Below are positions 20,604 through 31,180 of a stretch of DNA of 64,000 nt, piece after piece. A model generated the notes under the pieces. The model searched no databases and was not told the DNA's origin. It saw nothing but the letters and a program-made list of their open reading frames with translations. Origin of the DNA: an uncultured Planctomycetota bacterium (lineage in GTDB: Bacteria; Planctomycetota; PLA2; JAEUHO01); NCBI GenBank assembly GCA_963752285.1, contig CAVVXN010000003.1:1-64000 (forward strand). Direction: 5' to 3'. The position numbers and the translations under genes are program-made. The number at the start of each line of letters is the position of its first letter. Position 1 is the first letter of the stretch.

Positions 20604-22263
20604 CCCGCTCTGCCTGGGGGAAGAGGAGCCGCCCCGCCTCGACCGGCCGTCCGGCCGAGTGGACCAGCCGACCGTCGATCGGCGTGGGAGGGCGCGCCAC
20701 GAACACCTCGAGCTCACGAGGCGCCTCTTCCGCCCGGACGTCGAAGCGTCCCTAGGTGACGAGGCATCCGTCGACGAGCAGGGCGTACTCGTGGGTCCCG
20801 GGGCGGAGATGCCAGATCCCGTCCTGTGAGAACCAGGCCGGGTCCCAGATCACGTCGGCAGGGGCGGGCGTCTCCAGGCAGCTCCAGGTCACGCGGTCCT
20901 ACTCCGGTGTCGCTCCGAGGGGCCACTGCACTCGGGGACGTACCTCCGCGCGCCGGTCCGTCGGCGCGGGCGAGACGCCGGCGTCGGACAGGACCGATTC
21001 CGTCACCTCGTCGAGATCGACGAGCTGGGGAGCCCACGGTGGGACCCGGAGCTCGAGCGTACGGTCCGGATCCTCGCGCGCGAGCGTGACCTTGGCTACG
21101 GGCGCTTCGGATCCGAGCAGAGGGTCCTGGGCCACGGCGACCGTGAAGGTCCGGTCGAACGGGAGCCCCTCGACGACCGCCTCCCCCCGATCGTCCGTGT
21201 TCGCGGAGTAGATCTCGACCTGCCGTGGGCCGAAGAAGGAGCCCACCCCGACGCTCAGGCCGCCGAGCTCCCGATCGAGGTCCTCCTCCTCCCCCGGTTC
21301 CGGGGTCGTCTCCGGGCTCTCCGGCGCCGGTGCCGGCTCCGCGTCGCGCTTCGGCACGAAGGCGACCCGGGCGCGAACGACCGCCTCGCCACGCGAGTCC
21401 AGGACGCGCGCGACGACGCGTCCCCCGCGCGCGAGGCGAAGCACCACGTCGTGGGCTTCGTCGGGAACGCTGAAGCAGACCTCGCGCTCGCCCCGCGTGT
21501 AGCCCGGCGCCTCGACCCAGACGCCGTAGCGCCGGCCGGGAACGAGACCCTCGATGGTCGCGCGGCCGCCCTCGTCGGTCGAGGCAGGACCCCACTCGCC
21601 GTAGCAGGGCCCGATGTGCCAATCCACGCGGTGCAGCGCGGTCGTGCCGCCCTCTCTCGCCCGAACCCTCGCGGCGCGGACGGGCGCCCCCTGATCCGTG
21701 ACCACGCGGACGTCGAGGCGGAGACGACGGTCCAGCTGGACGTCGAGCCGTTGGAGGACGCCGGGGTCCACGTCGAGCTCGTGGGTTCCGAGCGGGTCCA
21801 GGTACCCGTCGTGGGTGACGTCGAGGGCGATCGCGCGACGGTGGACGCCCGCGAGCAACGCGACGCCGTCGGGACCCGTCACGCCCTCGCCGTGCCCGCG
21901 CTCCGCGTCGTCGTGGTCCTCCCAGTGCACCCGGGCGCCTTCGAGCGGGACGCCGAGCCAGCCCCGCACGGTCACCCGGAGCGATGCGGGCGGGTCGATC
22001 GCGTCGCCGGACGTCGCGGTCGTCCGCTCCGCAACGACCGCGTCCCTCGGATCCGACTCCGGTCGCGGGCGGCCGGTGAGCCGGACGTCCGTCGCGGCCT
22101 CGCCCTCGTTCGGCGTCGGGTGCGCGACGGCCTGCCGGTCGTCGTCGTCGTCGCGCGGGGAAGTCCCGAGTACGCGCCAGAGCGCGAACCCGGCGAGGAG
22201 AGCGGCCCCCAGCACGATCCACCGACGCACGCGCGCGCTCCGCTCGGTCTGCCGATCCGTCAT
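20604..22263 (-). pseudogene. Membrane-anchored carboxypeptidase-regulatory-like repeat protein; two in-frame TAG (20899, 20752); 3' end cut by IS66
   Basis: TM followed by repeated V.D..G.PV..ARV / TD..G.A...GL.PG units. The frame stays protein-like past both stops up to the IS. Confidence 0.7.
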
Positions 22264-22339
22264 CGACGTCTCGACGGATCGTAGTCGAACGGGCGGCGCG
22301 CGGTCCACGACCCCGCGCCGGTCGCGGCCGCCGAGGAGA

Positions 22340-22600
22340 TCAGCCGCCGCTCAGCGCGCCGATCACGTGGATCTCGTCGGCGTCCGAGACGGGCAGCGCG
22401 AGGTCCTCGATCGCGTCGAGGTTCACGAACACCTTCACGTGCCGGCGCACGTGGTCCTGCTCGTCGATGACGCGGAATCGGAGGCCCGGGTAGCGGCGGT
22501 CGAGGTCGCGGAGGACCTCGGCCACCGTCGAGCCCGAGGCCTCGACCACCGGACGCCCCGCGGTGTAGGAGCGGAAGTGGGAGGACAGGTTGACGCGCAC
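22340..22600 (-). CDS. MoaD/ThiS ubiquitin-like protein
   Basis: 86 aa with beta-grasp pattern and C-terminal ALSGG. Confidence 0.9.
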   Translation of the reverse strand: MRVNLSSHFRSYTAGRPVVEASGSTVAEVLRDLDRRYPGLRFRVIDEQDHVRRHVKVFVNLDAIEDLALPVSDADEIHVIGALSGG

Positions 22601-22622
22601 GCGGCTCGGTCCGCCCGACGCA

Positions 22623-23804
22623 CTACGCGTCGGCGACGGTCACGGAGTAGATGTGGGGGAGGTGGCGCGCGATGGGCTTCCAGCGCTCGCCCTCGTTCCT
22701 CGAGGCCCAGACCTCGCCGCTCGTCGTGCCCACGTAGAGGCCGACCGGGTCGCGGTCGTCGCCGGCCATCGCCTGGCGCTTCACGGTCCACCAGGCCTGC
22801 TCGGTCGGGAGGCCGTCGTCGAGACGCTTCCACGTTCGGCCCGCGTTCTTCGTCACGAACGCCGCGGGCTTGCCCTCGACGCTCGTGCGCGGCCACACGT
22901 CGCGGCCGTCCATCGGGAAGACCCAGACCGTGTCGGGGTCGCGCGGGTGCAGCACGATCGGGAAGCCGATGTCCCCGACCTTCTTGGGCATCTTCCTCCC
23001 CACGCGCTCCCAGCGTCCCGTCGGCCGGTCCATGCGGTAGATCCCGCAGTGGTTCTGCTGGTAGAGGCGGTCCGGGTCGGCGGGGTGGAGCGCGACGTGG
23101 TGGGGGTCGTGTCCGTACTCGGCGTCGGGATCGGGCATGAACGTCGCATCGCAGCCCTTGTTGAGCGGCGACCAGGTGGCGCCGTAGTCCGCGCTCTCGA
23201 AGACGCCGCCGCCGGACATGCCGATGTACATGTGGTCCTTGTCGCGCGGGTCCACGATGATCGAGTGCATCTTCCCGCCGTCGGGCGTCATGTCCTTCAG
23301 ACCGCCGAACCACTTCTCGCGCATCGGGTTCTCGTTGAAACCCGGCACGGTCTGCCACGTCACGCCGGCGTCCGCCGAGCGAAACAGCCCCTGTGGCGAC
23401 GTGCCCGCCCACCAGACACCGGGCTCGCTCTCGTGTCCGGGCGTGAGCCAGAACGTGTGGTCCACCACCCACCCCTTCTCCCCCTCGGCGGCCTTGGGGA
23501 ACGCCGGCGGCTCCTTCGCTTCCTGCCACGTCCGTCCGCCGTTCGTCGAACAGAAGATCGTCGGGCCCAGGTGTCCCGTGCGCGACGCCATCAGGACCGA
23601 CTTGCGGTCGCGCGGGTCCTGTCGCACGTGATGCACGATCGAGCCCAACATGGTGGGCCCCTCGAGGCGCCACGCGCGACGGCTCGCGTCGCTCGAGAGC
23701 GTCCACAGACCCTTGCGCGTCCCGACGAAGACGGTGACGCCCCGCTCCTTGCGCTTCCGCTTCTTCGCCTTCTTCTTCGCGCCCTGCTTCGCCGGCTTCG
23801 CCAT
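22623..23804 (-). CDS. BNR/Asp-box beta-propeller protein
   Basis: Repeated SxDxGxTW boxes. Confidence 0.9.
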   Translation of the reverse strand: MAKPAKQGAKKKAKKRKRKERGVTVFVGTRKGLWTLSSDASRRAWRLEGPTMLGSIVHHVRQDPRDRKSVLMASRTGHLGPTIFCSTNGGRTWQEAKEPPAFPKAAEGEKGWVVDHTFWLTPGHESEPGVWWAGTSPQGLFRSADAGVTWQTVPGFNENPMREKWFGGLKDMTPDGGKMHSIIVDPRDKDHMYIGMSGGGVFESADYGATWSPLNKGCDATFMPDPDAEYGHDPHHVALHPADPDRLYQQNHCGIYRMDRPTGRWERVGRKMPKKVGDIGFPIVLHPRDPDTVWVFPMDGRDVWPRTSVEGKPAAFVTKNAGRTWKRLDDGLPTEQAWWTVKRQAMAGDDRDPVGLYVGTTSGEVWASRNEGERWKPIARHLPHIYSVTVADA

Positions 23805-24010
23805 GGTGCACCTCCGCCGCCTCGAGGCCCCGAAGGCTACCCGCTCGCGCGTCGGCGGGAAGGGCGGACGCCTCGCGCCCACCCCCCCGGGCTTCGCGGG
23901 CGGTGGCCCGGACCCGCCACCCGGGCCGGGCGGCCCCCCCCGTGCACGGCGCGTTCCCCCTCGGGAAGCCTGATTTCAGGGCTCCGGGGCCGGGAGACCG
24001 GCCCCCGGCC

Positions 24011-24055
24011 TTCTGATCCCGTCCTCATCGAATTCTCACATTCCGGCCCTAGCCT
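24011..24055 (+). promoter_or_regulatory. Pho-box-like direct repeats plus -10 element of pstS
   Basis: TTCTGAT (24011), TCCTCAT (24022) and TTCTCAC (24033) at 11-bp period; TAGCCT lies 10 bp downstream. Confidence 0.6.
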
Positions 24056-24089
24056 CCGCCCTCCAACCCTTCCCTCCGGAGAGGACCCC

Positions 24090-25166
24090 ATGACCGGCAC
24101 GATGAGACGCAGCATGTTCGTCGCGGTGATCGGCGCGGTCGCGGCGAGCGCCACCGTCGCGCTCGCGGATACGCGCCTCCAGGGCGCGGGCGCGACGTTC
24201 CCGGCGCCGCTCTACCAGCGCATGGTCGCCGAGTACGAGAAGCTCCACCCCGACATCCAGATCGACTATCAGTCCATCGGCTCCGGCGGCGGCATCAAGG
24301 CCATCACCGAGCGGACCGTGGGCTTCTGCGGCTCCGACGCGCCGATGAGCACGAAGGAGATGGACAAGGCCGGCGGGACGTCGAACCTCGTCGAGATCCC
24401 GAGCTGTGCCGGCGGCGTGGTGCCGAGCTACAACCTCGCGGGCCTGTCGAAGTCCCTCAACTTCACAGGCGAGCTCCTGGCCCAGATCTACATGGGCAAG
24501 GTCACCAAGTGGAACGACCCGGCGATCGCGAAGGTGAACCCCGGCGTGTCGCTCCCGAGTCAGGACATCACGCCCGTCTACCGCACGGACGGCTCGGGCA
24601 CCACGTACATCTGGACCAACTACCTCGCGACCCAGAGCGAGGAGTTCGACAGCACGATCGGCACCGGGAAGCAGGTCCAGTGGCCCAAGGGCCAGGGCGG
24701 CAAGGGGAACGAGGGCGTCACGGCGGTCGTCCAGCAGACCAAGGGCGCCCTCGGCTACGTCGAGCAGGGGTACGCGGACAACCACCACATCCCCTACGGC
24801 GCGGTACGGAACAAGGACGGGAAGTTCGTGAAGGCCTCGCCCGAGTCGGTCAGCAAGGCCGGCGCCGGCGCGGTCGGCTCCATGAACGGTCACATCCTGG
24901 CGGTGAACATCTGGAACCAGCCGGGCGCCGAGGCCTACCCCGTCGCGTCCTTCACCTACATGATCGTCTACCGGGACCTCGGGAACCTGCCCGACAAGGC
25001 GTCGGCGCAGGCGCTCGTGGACTTCCTGTGGTGGGCGACGCACGACGGGCAGCAGTACGCCCCGGAGCTCGACTACGCGCCGCTGGCGGCCGAGGTCCAG
25101 GCCAAGGTGGAGGCTGCCCTTCGCACGATCACGTACAAGGGGGAGATGTTGAGCATCGGTTCGTAG
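24090..25166 (+). CDS. pstS: Phosphate ABC transporter substrate-binding protein
   Basis: Signal peptide; GAGATFPAPLY, YQSIGSGGG, RTDGSGTT. Confidence 0.97.
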   Translation: MTGTMRRSMFVAVIGAVAASATVALADTRLQGAGATFPAPLYQRMVAEYEKLHPDIQIDYQSIGSGGGIKAITERTVGFCGSDAPMSTKEMDKAGGTSNLVEIPSCAGGVVPSYNLAGLSKSLNFTGELLAQIYMGKVTKWNDPAIAKVNPGVSLPSQDITPVYRTDGSGTTYIWTNYLATQSEEFDSTIGTGKQVQWPKGQGGKGNEGVTAVVQQTKGALGYVEQGYADNHHIPYGAVRNKDGKFVKASPESVSKAGAGAVGSMNGHILAVNIWNQPGAEAYPVASFTYMIVYRDLGNLPDKASAQALVDFLWWATHDGQQYAPELDYAPLAAEVQAKVEAALRTITYKGEMLSIGS

Positions 25167-25217
25167 AACGCCTCGATCCCAATCGATTCGTTTCGTCCTG
25201 ACCTTCCTTGCCTGCCC

Positions 25218-25258
25218 GGACAGAGGGCCCCGCGCGGGGCTCTCTGTCCCTTTTTCTT
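25218..25258 (+). terminator. Stem-loop plus T tract between pstS and pstC
   Basis: GGACAGAGGGCCCC-GCGC-GGGGCTCTCTGTCC-CTTTTT. Confidence 0.8.
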
Positions 25259-25271
25259 CCGAGGACGCGTC

Positions 25272-26360
25272 ATGTCAGAATCGGCGGCGCCCGTCCTGAG
25301 CGTCCGGATGCCCGGCCCGAAACGAGAGCGACCCCTGGATCGGCCTCCCCGTCGCTTCGGCGGGGACGCGATCATGGCCAGCATGGCGCGCGGCGGCGCG
25401 CTGGTCATCCTCGGGCTCGTCGCGGCCCTCTTGATCGTGCTCGCGATCGCGGCCTGGCCCAGCGTCCAGGCGTTCGGGCCCAAGTTCCTGGTCACGAGCG
25501 AGTGGCGCCCCAACGAGCTGGAGGTCCCCGTCCGCGACGCCGCCGGGCGCATCCAGAAGGACGAGGACGGCCAGAACGTAACGAGGACCGTGCCGCCCTC
25601 GTTCGGCGCGCTTCCGGTGATCTACGGGACTGCGGTGAGCTCCCTCCTCGCGCTCTTCTTCGCCGTGCCCCTGGGCTTCGGCGCGGCGCTGTTCCTGGTC
25701 CGACTCTGCCCCCGGTTCCTGAAGGGCCCGGTCTCGTTCCTGGTGGAGTTCCTCGCGGCGATCCCGTCGATCGCGTACGGGATGTGGGGCCTCTTCGTCC
25801 TGAGCCCGATCCTCCAGGACGACGTCGAGCCCGCGCTCCGGTCGCTGCTCGGGTGGATCCCCGGCATCGACCGGTGGCTCTTCGCCGACGTCAGCCTGAC
25901 CGGGCGCGACATGTTCTGCGGCTCGCTCGTCCTCGCGATCATGATCCTCCCGATCATCACCGCGATCAGCCGTGACGTCCTCCGCGCGGTCCCGCGCGCG
26001 CAGATCGAGGGCACGCTCGCGCTCGGTGCCACCTGGTGGCAGAGCTCGTGGGAGATGCTCCGGTTCAGCCGGTCCGCTCTCTTCGGCGCCGTCATCCTCG
26101 GCCTCGCGCGGGCGGCGGGCGAGACCATGGCGATCACCATGGTGATCGGCAACAACAACCAGATCCGCTCGTCCATCTTCGCACCGGCCCAGACGATGAG
26201 CTCCCTCCTCGCGAACGAGTTCGCCGAGGCGAGCACCGACATCCACCGCGCCTCCCTGACGGAGGTCGCTCTGATCCTGCTCGTGATGTCCCTCCTCTTC
26301 AACATCGTGGCGCGGAAGCTCGTCGTAGGCAAGAGCGCGCGCACGGCGGCGGCGCACTGA
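25272..26360 (+). CDS. pstC: Phosphate ABC permease
   Basis: LAAIPSIAYGMWG, EGTLALGATWW, ARAAGETMA. Confidence 0.95.
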   Translation: MSESAAPVLSVRMPGPKRERPLDRPPRRFGGDAIMASMARGGALVILGLVAALLIVLAIAAWPSVQAFGPKFLVTSEWRPNELEVPVRDAAGRIQKDEDGQNVTRTVPPSFGALPVIYGTAVSSLLALFFAVPLGFGAALFLVRLCPRFLKGPVSFLVEFLAAIPSIAYGMWGLFVLSPILQDDVEPALRSLLGWIPGIDRWLFADVSLTGRDMFCGSLVLAIMILPIITAISRDVLRAVPRAQIEGTLALGATWWQSSWEMLRFSRSALFGAVILGLARAAGETMAITMVIGNNNQIRSSIFAPAQTMSSLLANEFAEASTDIHRASLTEVALILLVMSLLFNIVARKLVVGKSARTAAAH

Positions 26361-27247
26361 TGGCGGTCCAGTCGTCCGCGACAATCGCCTACCGGCGCTA
26401 CACGAAGGCGAAGAGCGTCACGATGGTGGCGCTCTGCTGCATCTTCACCGTCGTGATCCTCGCCGTCCTGGGGTGGATCACGATCTACCTGGCGCACAAG
26501 GGCTTCTCCCACATCAGCTGGGACTTCTTCACCCAGCTGCCCATCCCGACCGGCATGGAGGGCGCGCCGGGCGGGATGAAGAACTCCCTGATCGGGACGC
26601 TGATCCTGATCCTGATGGCGAGCGCCGCGGGCATCCCGCTCGGCATGCTCGCCGGGATCTACCTGTCGGAGTACAGCGCGAACACGGTGCTCGCGGCGCC
26701 CACCCGATTCGTGGCGGACGTGCTGACGGGCGTCCCGAGCATCGTGGTGGGCATCCTCGGGTACGAGCTGGTGGTGGTGCCGATGGGCGGCTTCAACGGC
26801 TACGCCGGGGCGGCGGCCCTCGCGTTCATCATGATCCCGATCGTCGCCCGCACGACCGAGGAGATGCTCCGCCTCGTGCCGCAGAGCTACCGGGAGGCGT
26901 CCATCGCGCTCGGCGCGACGAAGGCGGAGACGATCCTCCGGGTCGTGATCCCCGCGGCGGCCGGCAGCATCGTGACGGGGGTCATGCTCTCGATCGCGCG
27001 GATCGCGGGCGAGACCGCGCCCCTCCTCTTCACGGCTCTGGGCAGCCGGCTCTTGACGGTCGACCCGGGCCAGCCGTTTCCCTCCCTCACGGTCCAGATC
27101 TTCAAGTACGCGATGGGACCGGACCGCGACCAGCAGGATCTCGCCTGGGCCGGTATGCTGATCCTCATCTCCCTCGTGTTCGTGCTGAACCTCCTGGTGC
27201 GCCTGACCGTGCACCACATGCAGAAGAAGAAGATGGTCCGAGCCTGA
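26360..27247 (+). CDS. pstA: Phosphate ABC permease
   Basis: [33 protein letters not shown] overlap with pstC. Confidence 0.95.
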   Translation: MAVQSSATIAYRRYTKAKSVTMVALCCIFTVVILAVLGWITIYLAHKGFSHISWDFFTQLPIPTGMEGAPGGMKNSLIGTLILILMASAAGIPLGMLAGIYLSEYSANTVLAAPTRFVADVLTGVPSIVVGILGYELVVVPMGGFNGYAGAAALAFIMIPIVARTTEEMLRLVPQSYREASIALGATKAETILRVVIPAAAGSIVTGVMLSIARIAGETAPLLFTALGSRLLTVDPGQPFPSLTVQIFKYAMGPDRDQQDLAWAGMLILISLVFVLNLLVRLTVHHMQKKKMVRA

Positions 27248-27272
27248 ATCGCGTCGAGCGCGAAGGGGAGCG

Positions 27273-28211
27273 ATGCCGATGGAGCCCACGACGTCCCGCC
27301 TCCAGGAACCGAGAATGCGCGTCGACGAGAGCGAGCCGACCCCCAAGCCCGTCGTGGACCCCTCCGCACCCGCGCCGATGCGCGAGACGACGGTTCTCCA
27401 GGCGATCGCGCGGGGCGAGGCGGTCGAGACCGTCACGCACGCCCACTTCGAGCCGGCCGAGGTCGCCATCGCCGTCCGGGGCTTCAGCCTGCACTACGGC
27501 GCGAAGCAGGCCCTCTTCGACGTGAGCCTGGAGGTCCCGAAGGGCAAGGTCACGGCCCTGATCGGGCCCTCCGGCTGCGGCAAGAGCACGCTGCTCCGCT
27601 CGATCAACCGGCTGAACGACCTGATCGACTCGGTACGGACCACCGGCTCGATGCGCTTCCGAGGACACGACATCTACGGTCGCGGCATCAACGTGATCGA
27701 GCTCCGAAAGAGCCTGGGCATGGTGTTCCAGAAGCCGAACCCGTTTCCGATGAGCATCTTCGAGAACGTCGTCTACGCGCTCCGGATCGACGGCGAGCGC
27801 AAGAAGAGCCGCCTCGAGGAGGTCTGCGAGCGGAGCCTCAGGGGCGCGGCGCTCTGGGAGGAGGTGAAGGACCGCCTCCAGGAGAGCGCGCTGGGTCTCT
27901 CCGGCGGGCAGCAGCAGCGGCTGTGCATCGCGCGGGCCATCGCCGCGGAGCCGGAGGTCCTCCTGATGGACGAGCCCTGCTCGGCGCTCGACCCGATCGC
28001 CACGGGGAAGATCGAGGACTTGATGCAGGAGCTCAAGGGCGAGTACACGATCCTCATCGTGACGCACAACATGCAGCAGGCGGCCCGCGCGAGCGACTAC
28101 ACCGCGTTCATGTACCTCGGCCGGCTGATCGAGTACGGGCCGACCGAGGAGATCTTCACGAAGCCGCACACGTCCGAGACCGAAGCGTACGTGACGGGCC
28201 GGTTCGGGTAG
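27273..28211 (+). CDS. pstB: Phosphate ABC ATPase
   Basis: [28 protein letters not shown]; ends YVTGRFG. Confidence 0.97.
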   Translation: MPMEPTTSRLQEPRMRVDESEPTPKPVVDPSAPAPMRETTVLQAIARGEAVETVTHAHFEPAEVAIAVRGFSLHYGAKQALFDVSLEVPKGKVTALIGPSGCGKSTLLRSINRLNDLIDSVRTTGSMRFRGHDIYGRGINVIELRKSLGMVFQKPNPFPMSIFENVVYALRIDGERKKSRLEEVCERSLRGAALWEEVKDRLQESALGLSGGQQQRLCIARAIAAEPEVLLMDEPCSALDPIATGKIEDLMQELKGEYTILIVTHNMQQAARASDYTAFMYLGRLIEYGPTEEIFTKPHTSETEAYVTGRFG

Positions 28212-28232
28212 GCCTGGTCGGGGAGCCCCAAC

Positions 28233-28925
28233 ATGAGCCAGCACTTCATCCGGCATCTGGACCGTCTGAAGGCGATGATCCTGTCGTTCGGTGACACGGT
28301 GGAAAACGCCGTGCGCGACGCCATCACGGCCATCCAGCATCGCGACGTGCCGCTCGCCCAGAAGGTGATCGCCGGCGACAAGGAGATCGACCAGACCGAG
28401 ATCGACGTGGAGGAGGAGTGCCTCCACGCGCTCGCGTGCTACCAGCCCGTGGCGATGGACCTCCGGTACATCGTGGCCGTGCTCAAGATCAACAACGACC
28501 TGGAGCGGATCGCGGACATGGCCGTGAACCTCGCCGAGCAGGCGCAGTTCCTGGCCGAGGGCCCCGTGCTCGACGAGCTTCCGTTCGACCTCGTCGCCAT
28601 GGAGGCGAACGTGCAGATGATGCTGCGCGAGAGCCTCCAGGCCCTCGTGCACTCCGACGCGGAGCTCGCCCGGCGGGTGTGCCAGGCCGACGACCGGGTA
28701 GACGCCGTACACCGCGGCGCGTACGACACCGTCGCGCGGGAGATCCGCGAGCGTCCGCACCTGGTCGAGACCTACATCCACATGCTGAGCATCTCTCGCC
28801 AGCTCGAGCGCATCGCGGACCACGCGACGAACATCGCCGAGGACGTGATCTACCTCGTCGAGGGCGAGATCCCGCGGCACACGCTCGCCTCGCGGCGCCA
28901 CCAGAGCGAGGTCGAGAAGGCGTGA
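28233..28925 (+). CDS. phoU: Phosphate signalling protein PhoU
   Basis: QPVAMDLR; LERIAD twice. Confidence 0.95.
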   Translation: MSQHFIRHLDRLKAMILSFGDTVENAVRDAITAIQHRDVPLAQKVIAGDKEIDQTEIDVEEECLHALACYQPVAMDLRYIVAVLKINNDLERIADMAVNLAEQAQFLAEGPVLDELPFDLVAMEANVQMMLRESLQALVHSDAELARRVCQADDRVDAVHRGAYDTVAREIRERPHLVETYIHMLSISRQLERIADHATNIAEDVIYLVEGEIPRHTLASRRHQSEVEKA

Positions 28926-29198
28926 CGGTGGCGTCGGCGTGACCGCGGCGCGGGCCGGACCCCGGCGAGGGCGTGAGGGCGAAGAACGCCCGCCGGACGA
29001 CGACACGCCGCGGCGGAGGGCGCCCGGCCGCGGGAGGGGCCGCGGGGAGGTCGGGCCGCCACGCGACCGCCCAGCGCCGCGGGCCGCCGGGCGCCCGGTG
29101 CGCCCCCTTCGTGTTCGTCTTCTCTCCGAGCCGCCCCCGTAACCCGCCCCTCGCGGGGCACGTACAGGGGGGTGGTGCCGAGAACCGAGGAGACCGCC

Positions 29199-29912
29199 AT
29201 GCCCCACGACCCCGAGACCGAGCGGGCGCTGGCCCGGCTCGAGAGCCGCCGCCGCTTCCTCGAGGGCGCCGCCGCGGGGACCGTCCTCGTGGCCTTCGGG
29301 GGCCTCTACGTCGTCCTCGATCCCCGCCGAGCCCACGCCGACGAGAAGCGCGCGGACGGGCGCGCGCGGGTGCCGCCCGGGCAGAAGGTGATCGAGAAGC
29401 TCCGCCCCATGGGCGGGCAGGCGTGGAAGGGCCGGCCCAGCGAGTGGCGACTGAAGGTCCATGGCGAGGTCGAGGCGCCCTACGAGCTGACCCTGGCCGA
29501 GCTGCTCGCGCTGCCGCAGGCCGAGAAGTCGCTCGACGTCCACTGCGTCACCACCTGGACGGTGCTCGGCGCGAAGTGGAAGGGTGTTTCCGTTCGCTCG
29601 CTCGCCGAGAAGGCCAAGGTCAAGAAGACCGCGAAGCACGTGATCTTCGAGGCGGCCCACGGCTACACCTCGAACGTGCGCCTCGACGAGGCCCTCGCGG
29701 AGGACAACCTCGTGGCCCACCAGCTCGAGGACCGGCCTCTCATGCACGCGCACGGCTCGCCCGTGCGGGCCGTCGTCCCCGACCTCTACTTCTGGAAGAG
29801 CGCGAAGTGGCTGACCGGTATCCGCTTCGTGGAGAAGGACGAGCCCGGGTACTGGGAGACGCGCGGCTACAACAACCACGCGGACCCCTGGAAGGAGGAA
29901 CGGTATGCCTGA
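29199..29912 (+). CDS. Tat-exported sulfite-oxidase-family molybdopterin protein
   Basis: SRRRFL Tat motif; DVHCVTTW, HGSPVR, WKSAKWL, GYWETRGY. Confidence 0.9.
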   Translation: MPHDPETERALARLESRRRFLEGAAAGTVLVAFGGLYVVLDPRRAHADEKRADGRARVPPGQKVIEKLRPMGGQAWKGRPSEWRLKVHGEVEAPYELTLAELLALPQAEKSLDVHCVTTWTVLGAKWKGVSVRSLAEKAKVKKTAKHVIFEAAHGYTSNVRLDEALAEDNLVAHQLEDRPLMHAHGSPVRAVVPDLYFWKSAKWLTGIRFVEKDEPGYWETRGYNNHADPWKEERYA

Positions 29913-30504
29913 CGCGGCCGCGCCGCGGGTGTTGCCGCGCCGGAAGCGTTTCCCGTGGCGGCGCTGGCTCCGCGCCCTGCACCGCGACGTCGGCTACCTG
30001 GTGGTCGGGCTCACGGTCGTGTACGCGCTGAGCGGGCTCGCCGTGAACCACATCGGGGAGTGGGACCCGAGCTTCACGCAGTACGAGAGGTCCGTGGATC
30101 TCGGCCATCCGATCTCGGGCACCGACGAGGAGGTCGCCCAAAAGGCCCTCGACGCGCTGGGCCTCACGGGGTCGCCGGAGGAGGTGTATCGCGCGAGCGA
30201 CGAGGACCTCGAGGTGACCCTCGGCGAGAAGACGGTCCACGTGGACCCGACGCGCGGCACGGTCCTCGGCGAGGGGCAGGAGCCGCGGTTCTTCCTGCGC
30301 GTCGCCAACTGGCTGCACCTGAACCGCGGCAAGAAGGCGTGGACGCGGTTCGCCGACGCGTACGCCATCCTCCTGCTCTACCTCGCGTGCTCCGGCCTCT
30401 TCATGCTGGCCGGGCGCAAGGGCCTGATCGGCCGGGGCGGAATCCTCCTCCTCGTCGGAATCCTCGTCCCCGTCCTCTACCTCGTCATCTCGGGCGGGCC
30501 CTGA
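29905..30504 (+). CDS. PepSY-associated TM helix protein
   Basis: RALHRDVGY, SGLAVNH, NWLHLN; three TM helices. Confidence 0.85.
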   Translation: MPDAAAPRVLPRRKRFPWRRWLRALHRDVGYLVVGLTVVYALSGLAVNHIGEWDPSFTQYERSVDLGHPISGTDEEVAQKALDALGLTGSPEEVYRASDEDLEVTLGEKTVHVDPTRGTVLGEGQEPRFFLRVANWLHLNRGKKAWTRFADAYAILLLYLACSGLFMLAGRKGLIGRGGILLLVGILVPVLYLVISGGP

Positions 30505-31180
30505 CTCTCGTCCGCGCGAGGAGGCCGAGGACGGCCAGCCACCCGAGCACGACCGTCGCGTGGCCGAGCAGCAGGTGGACCGGCTCGGTGCAAGGGCAGT
30601 GGAGGAGGAGGGCGAGGTTCCCCGCCCGGCCCGCCCGCCGCCGCGAGGAGGAGCGGCCGCACGGGCGGCGAGACGTGCGGCGGCTCGCCAGGGCGGCGAG
30701 GAGCGTGAGCGGAAGGGCGAAGAGCAGCCCGAGACCGAAGCACGAGAGCGCGGGGAGGGCGACGCCTTGGACCGCGCGTCGCGCCCCCGACCCCGCGTAG
30801 AGGACCCCCGCCGGTGCGAGAAGGCCGAGGACCACGGGGAGCGCGAGCGCCGCGGCGAGGGCCAGGGCCACGCGAAGAGCGCCCGGCGCGGGCCGGCCGA
30901 GCGGGCGGAAGAGCGTCGCGAGGGCGGCCGCCGCCGCGGCGACGAGGAGCGCGGCCTCGAGGGTCCAAGCGCCCGCGGCCCCCGACCCGAGGTCCGACCG
31001 CGGGGCGGCCGCGAGGACGAGCCCCGCCACGACGAGGGCGCCGAGGAGCCCCGTGGCGACACGAAGCGGGGTCTGGAGCGCCCGGAGCGCCGCCCGCGGG
31101 CCGCGCTCGCGCCCGATCGCGCTCCGGACCCGCAGGAGCAGGGGGTCCGTGTCGGACGGGGGGCGGGGCGGGAGGGTCAC
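30485..31180 (-). CDS. Membrane anti-sigma factor (NrsF-like); probable local frameshifts
   Basis: Coupled to the ECF sigma gene; multi-TM; LHCP...HLLLGH motif. Confidence 0.75.
   Translation of the reverse strand: MTLPPRPPSDTDPLLLRVRSAIGRERGPRAALRALQTPLRVATGLLGALVVAGLVLAAAPRSDLGSGAAGAWTLEAALLVAAAAAALATLFRPLGRPAPGALRVALALAAALALPVVLGLLAPAGVLYAGSGARRAVQGVALPALSCFGLGLLFALPLTLLAALASRRTSRRPCGRSSSRRRAGRAGNLALLLHCPCTEPVHLLLGHATVVLGWLAVLGLLARTRVRARPR

Noticed and set aside
20604..20901. TAG recoding or readthrough
   Set aside because: TAG ends many clear genes here (pstS, pstB, the cytochrome). The gene is IS-truncated, so decay is the simpler explanation.
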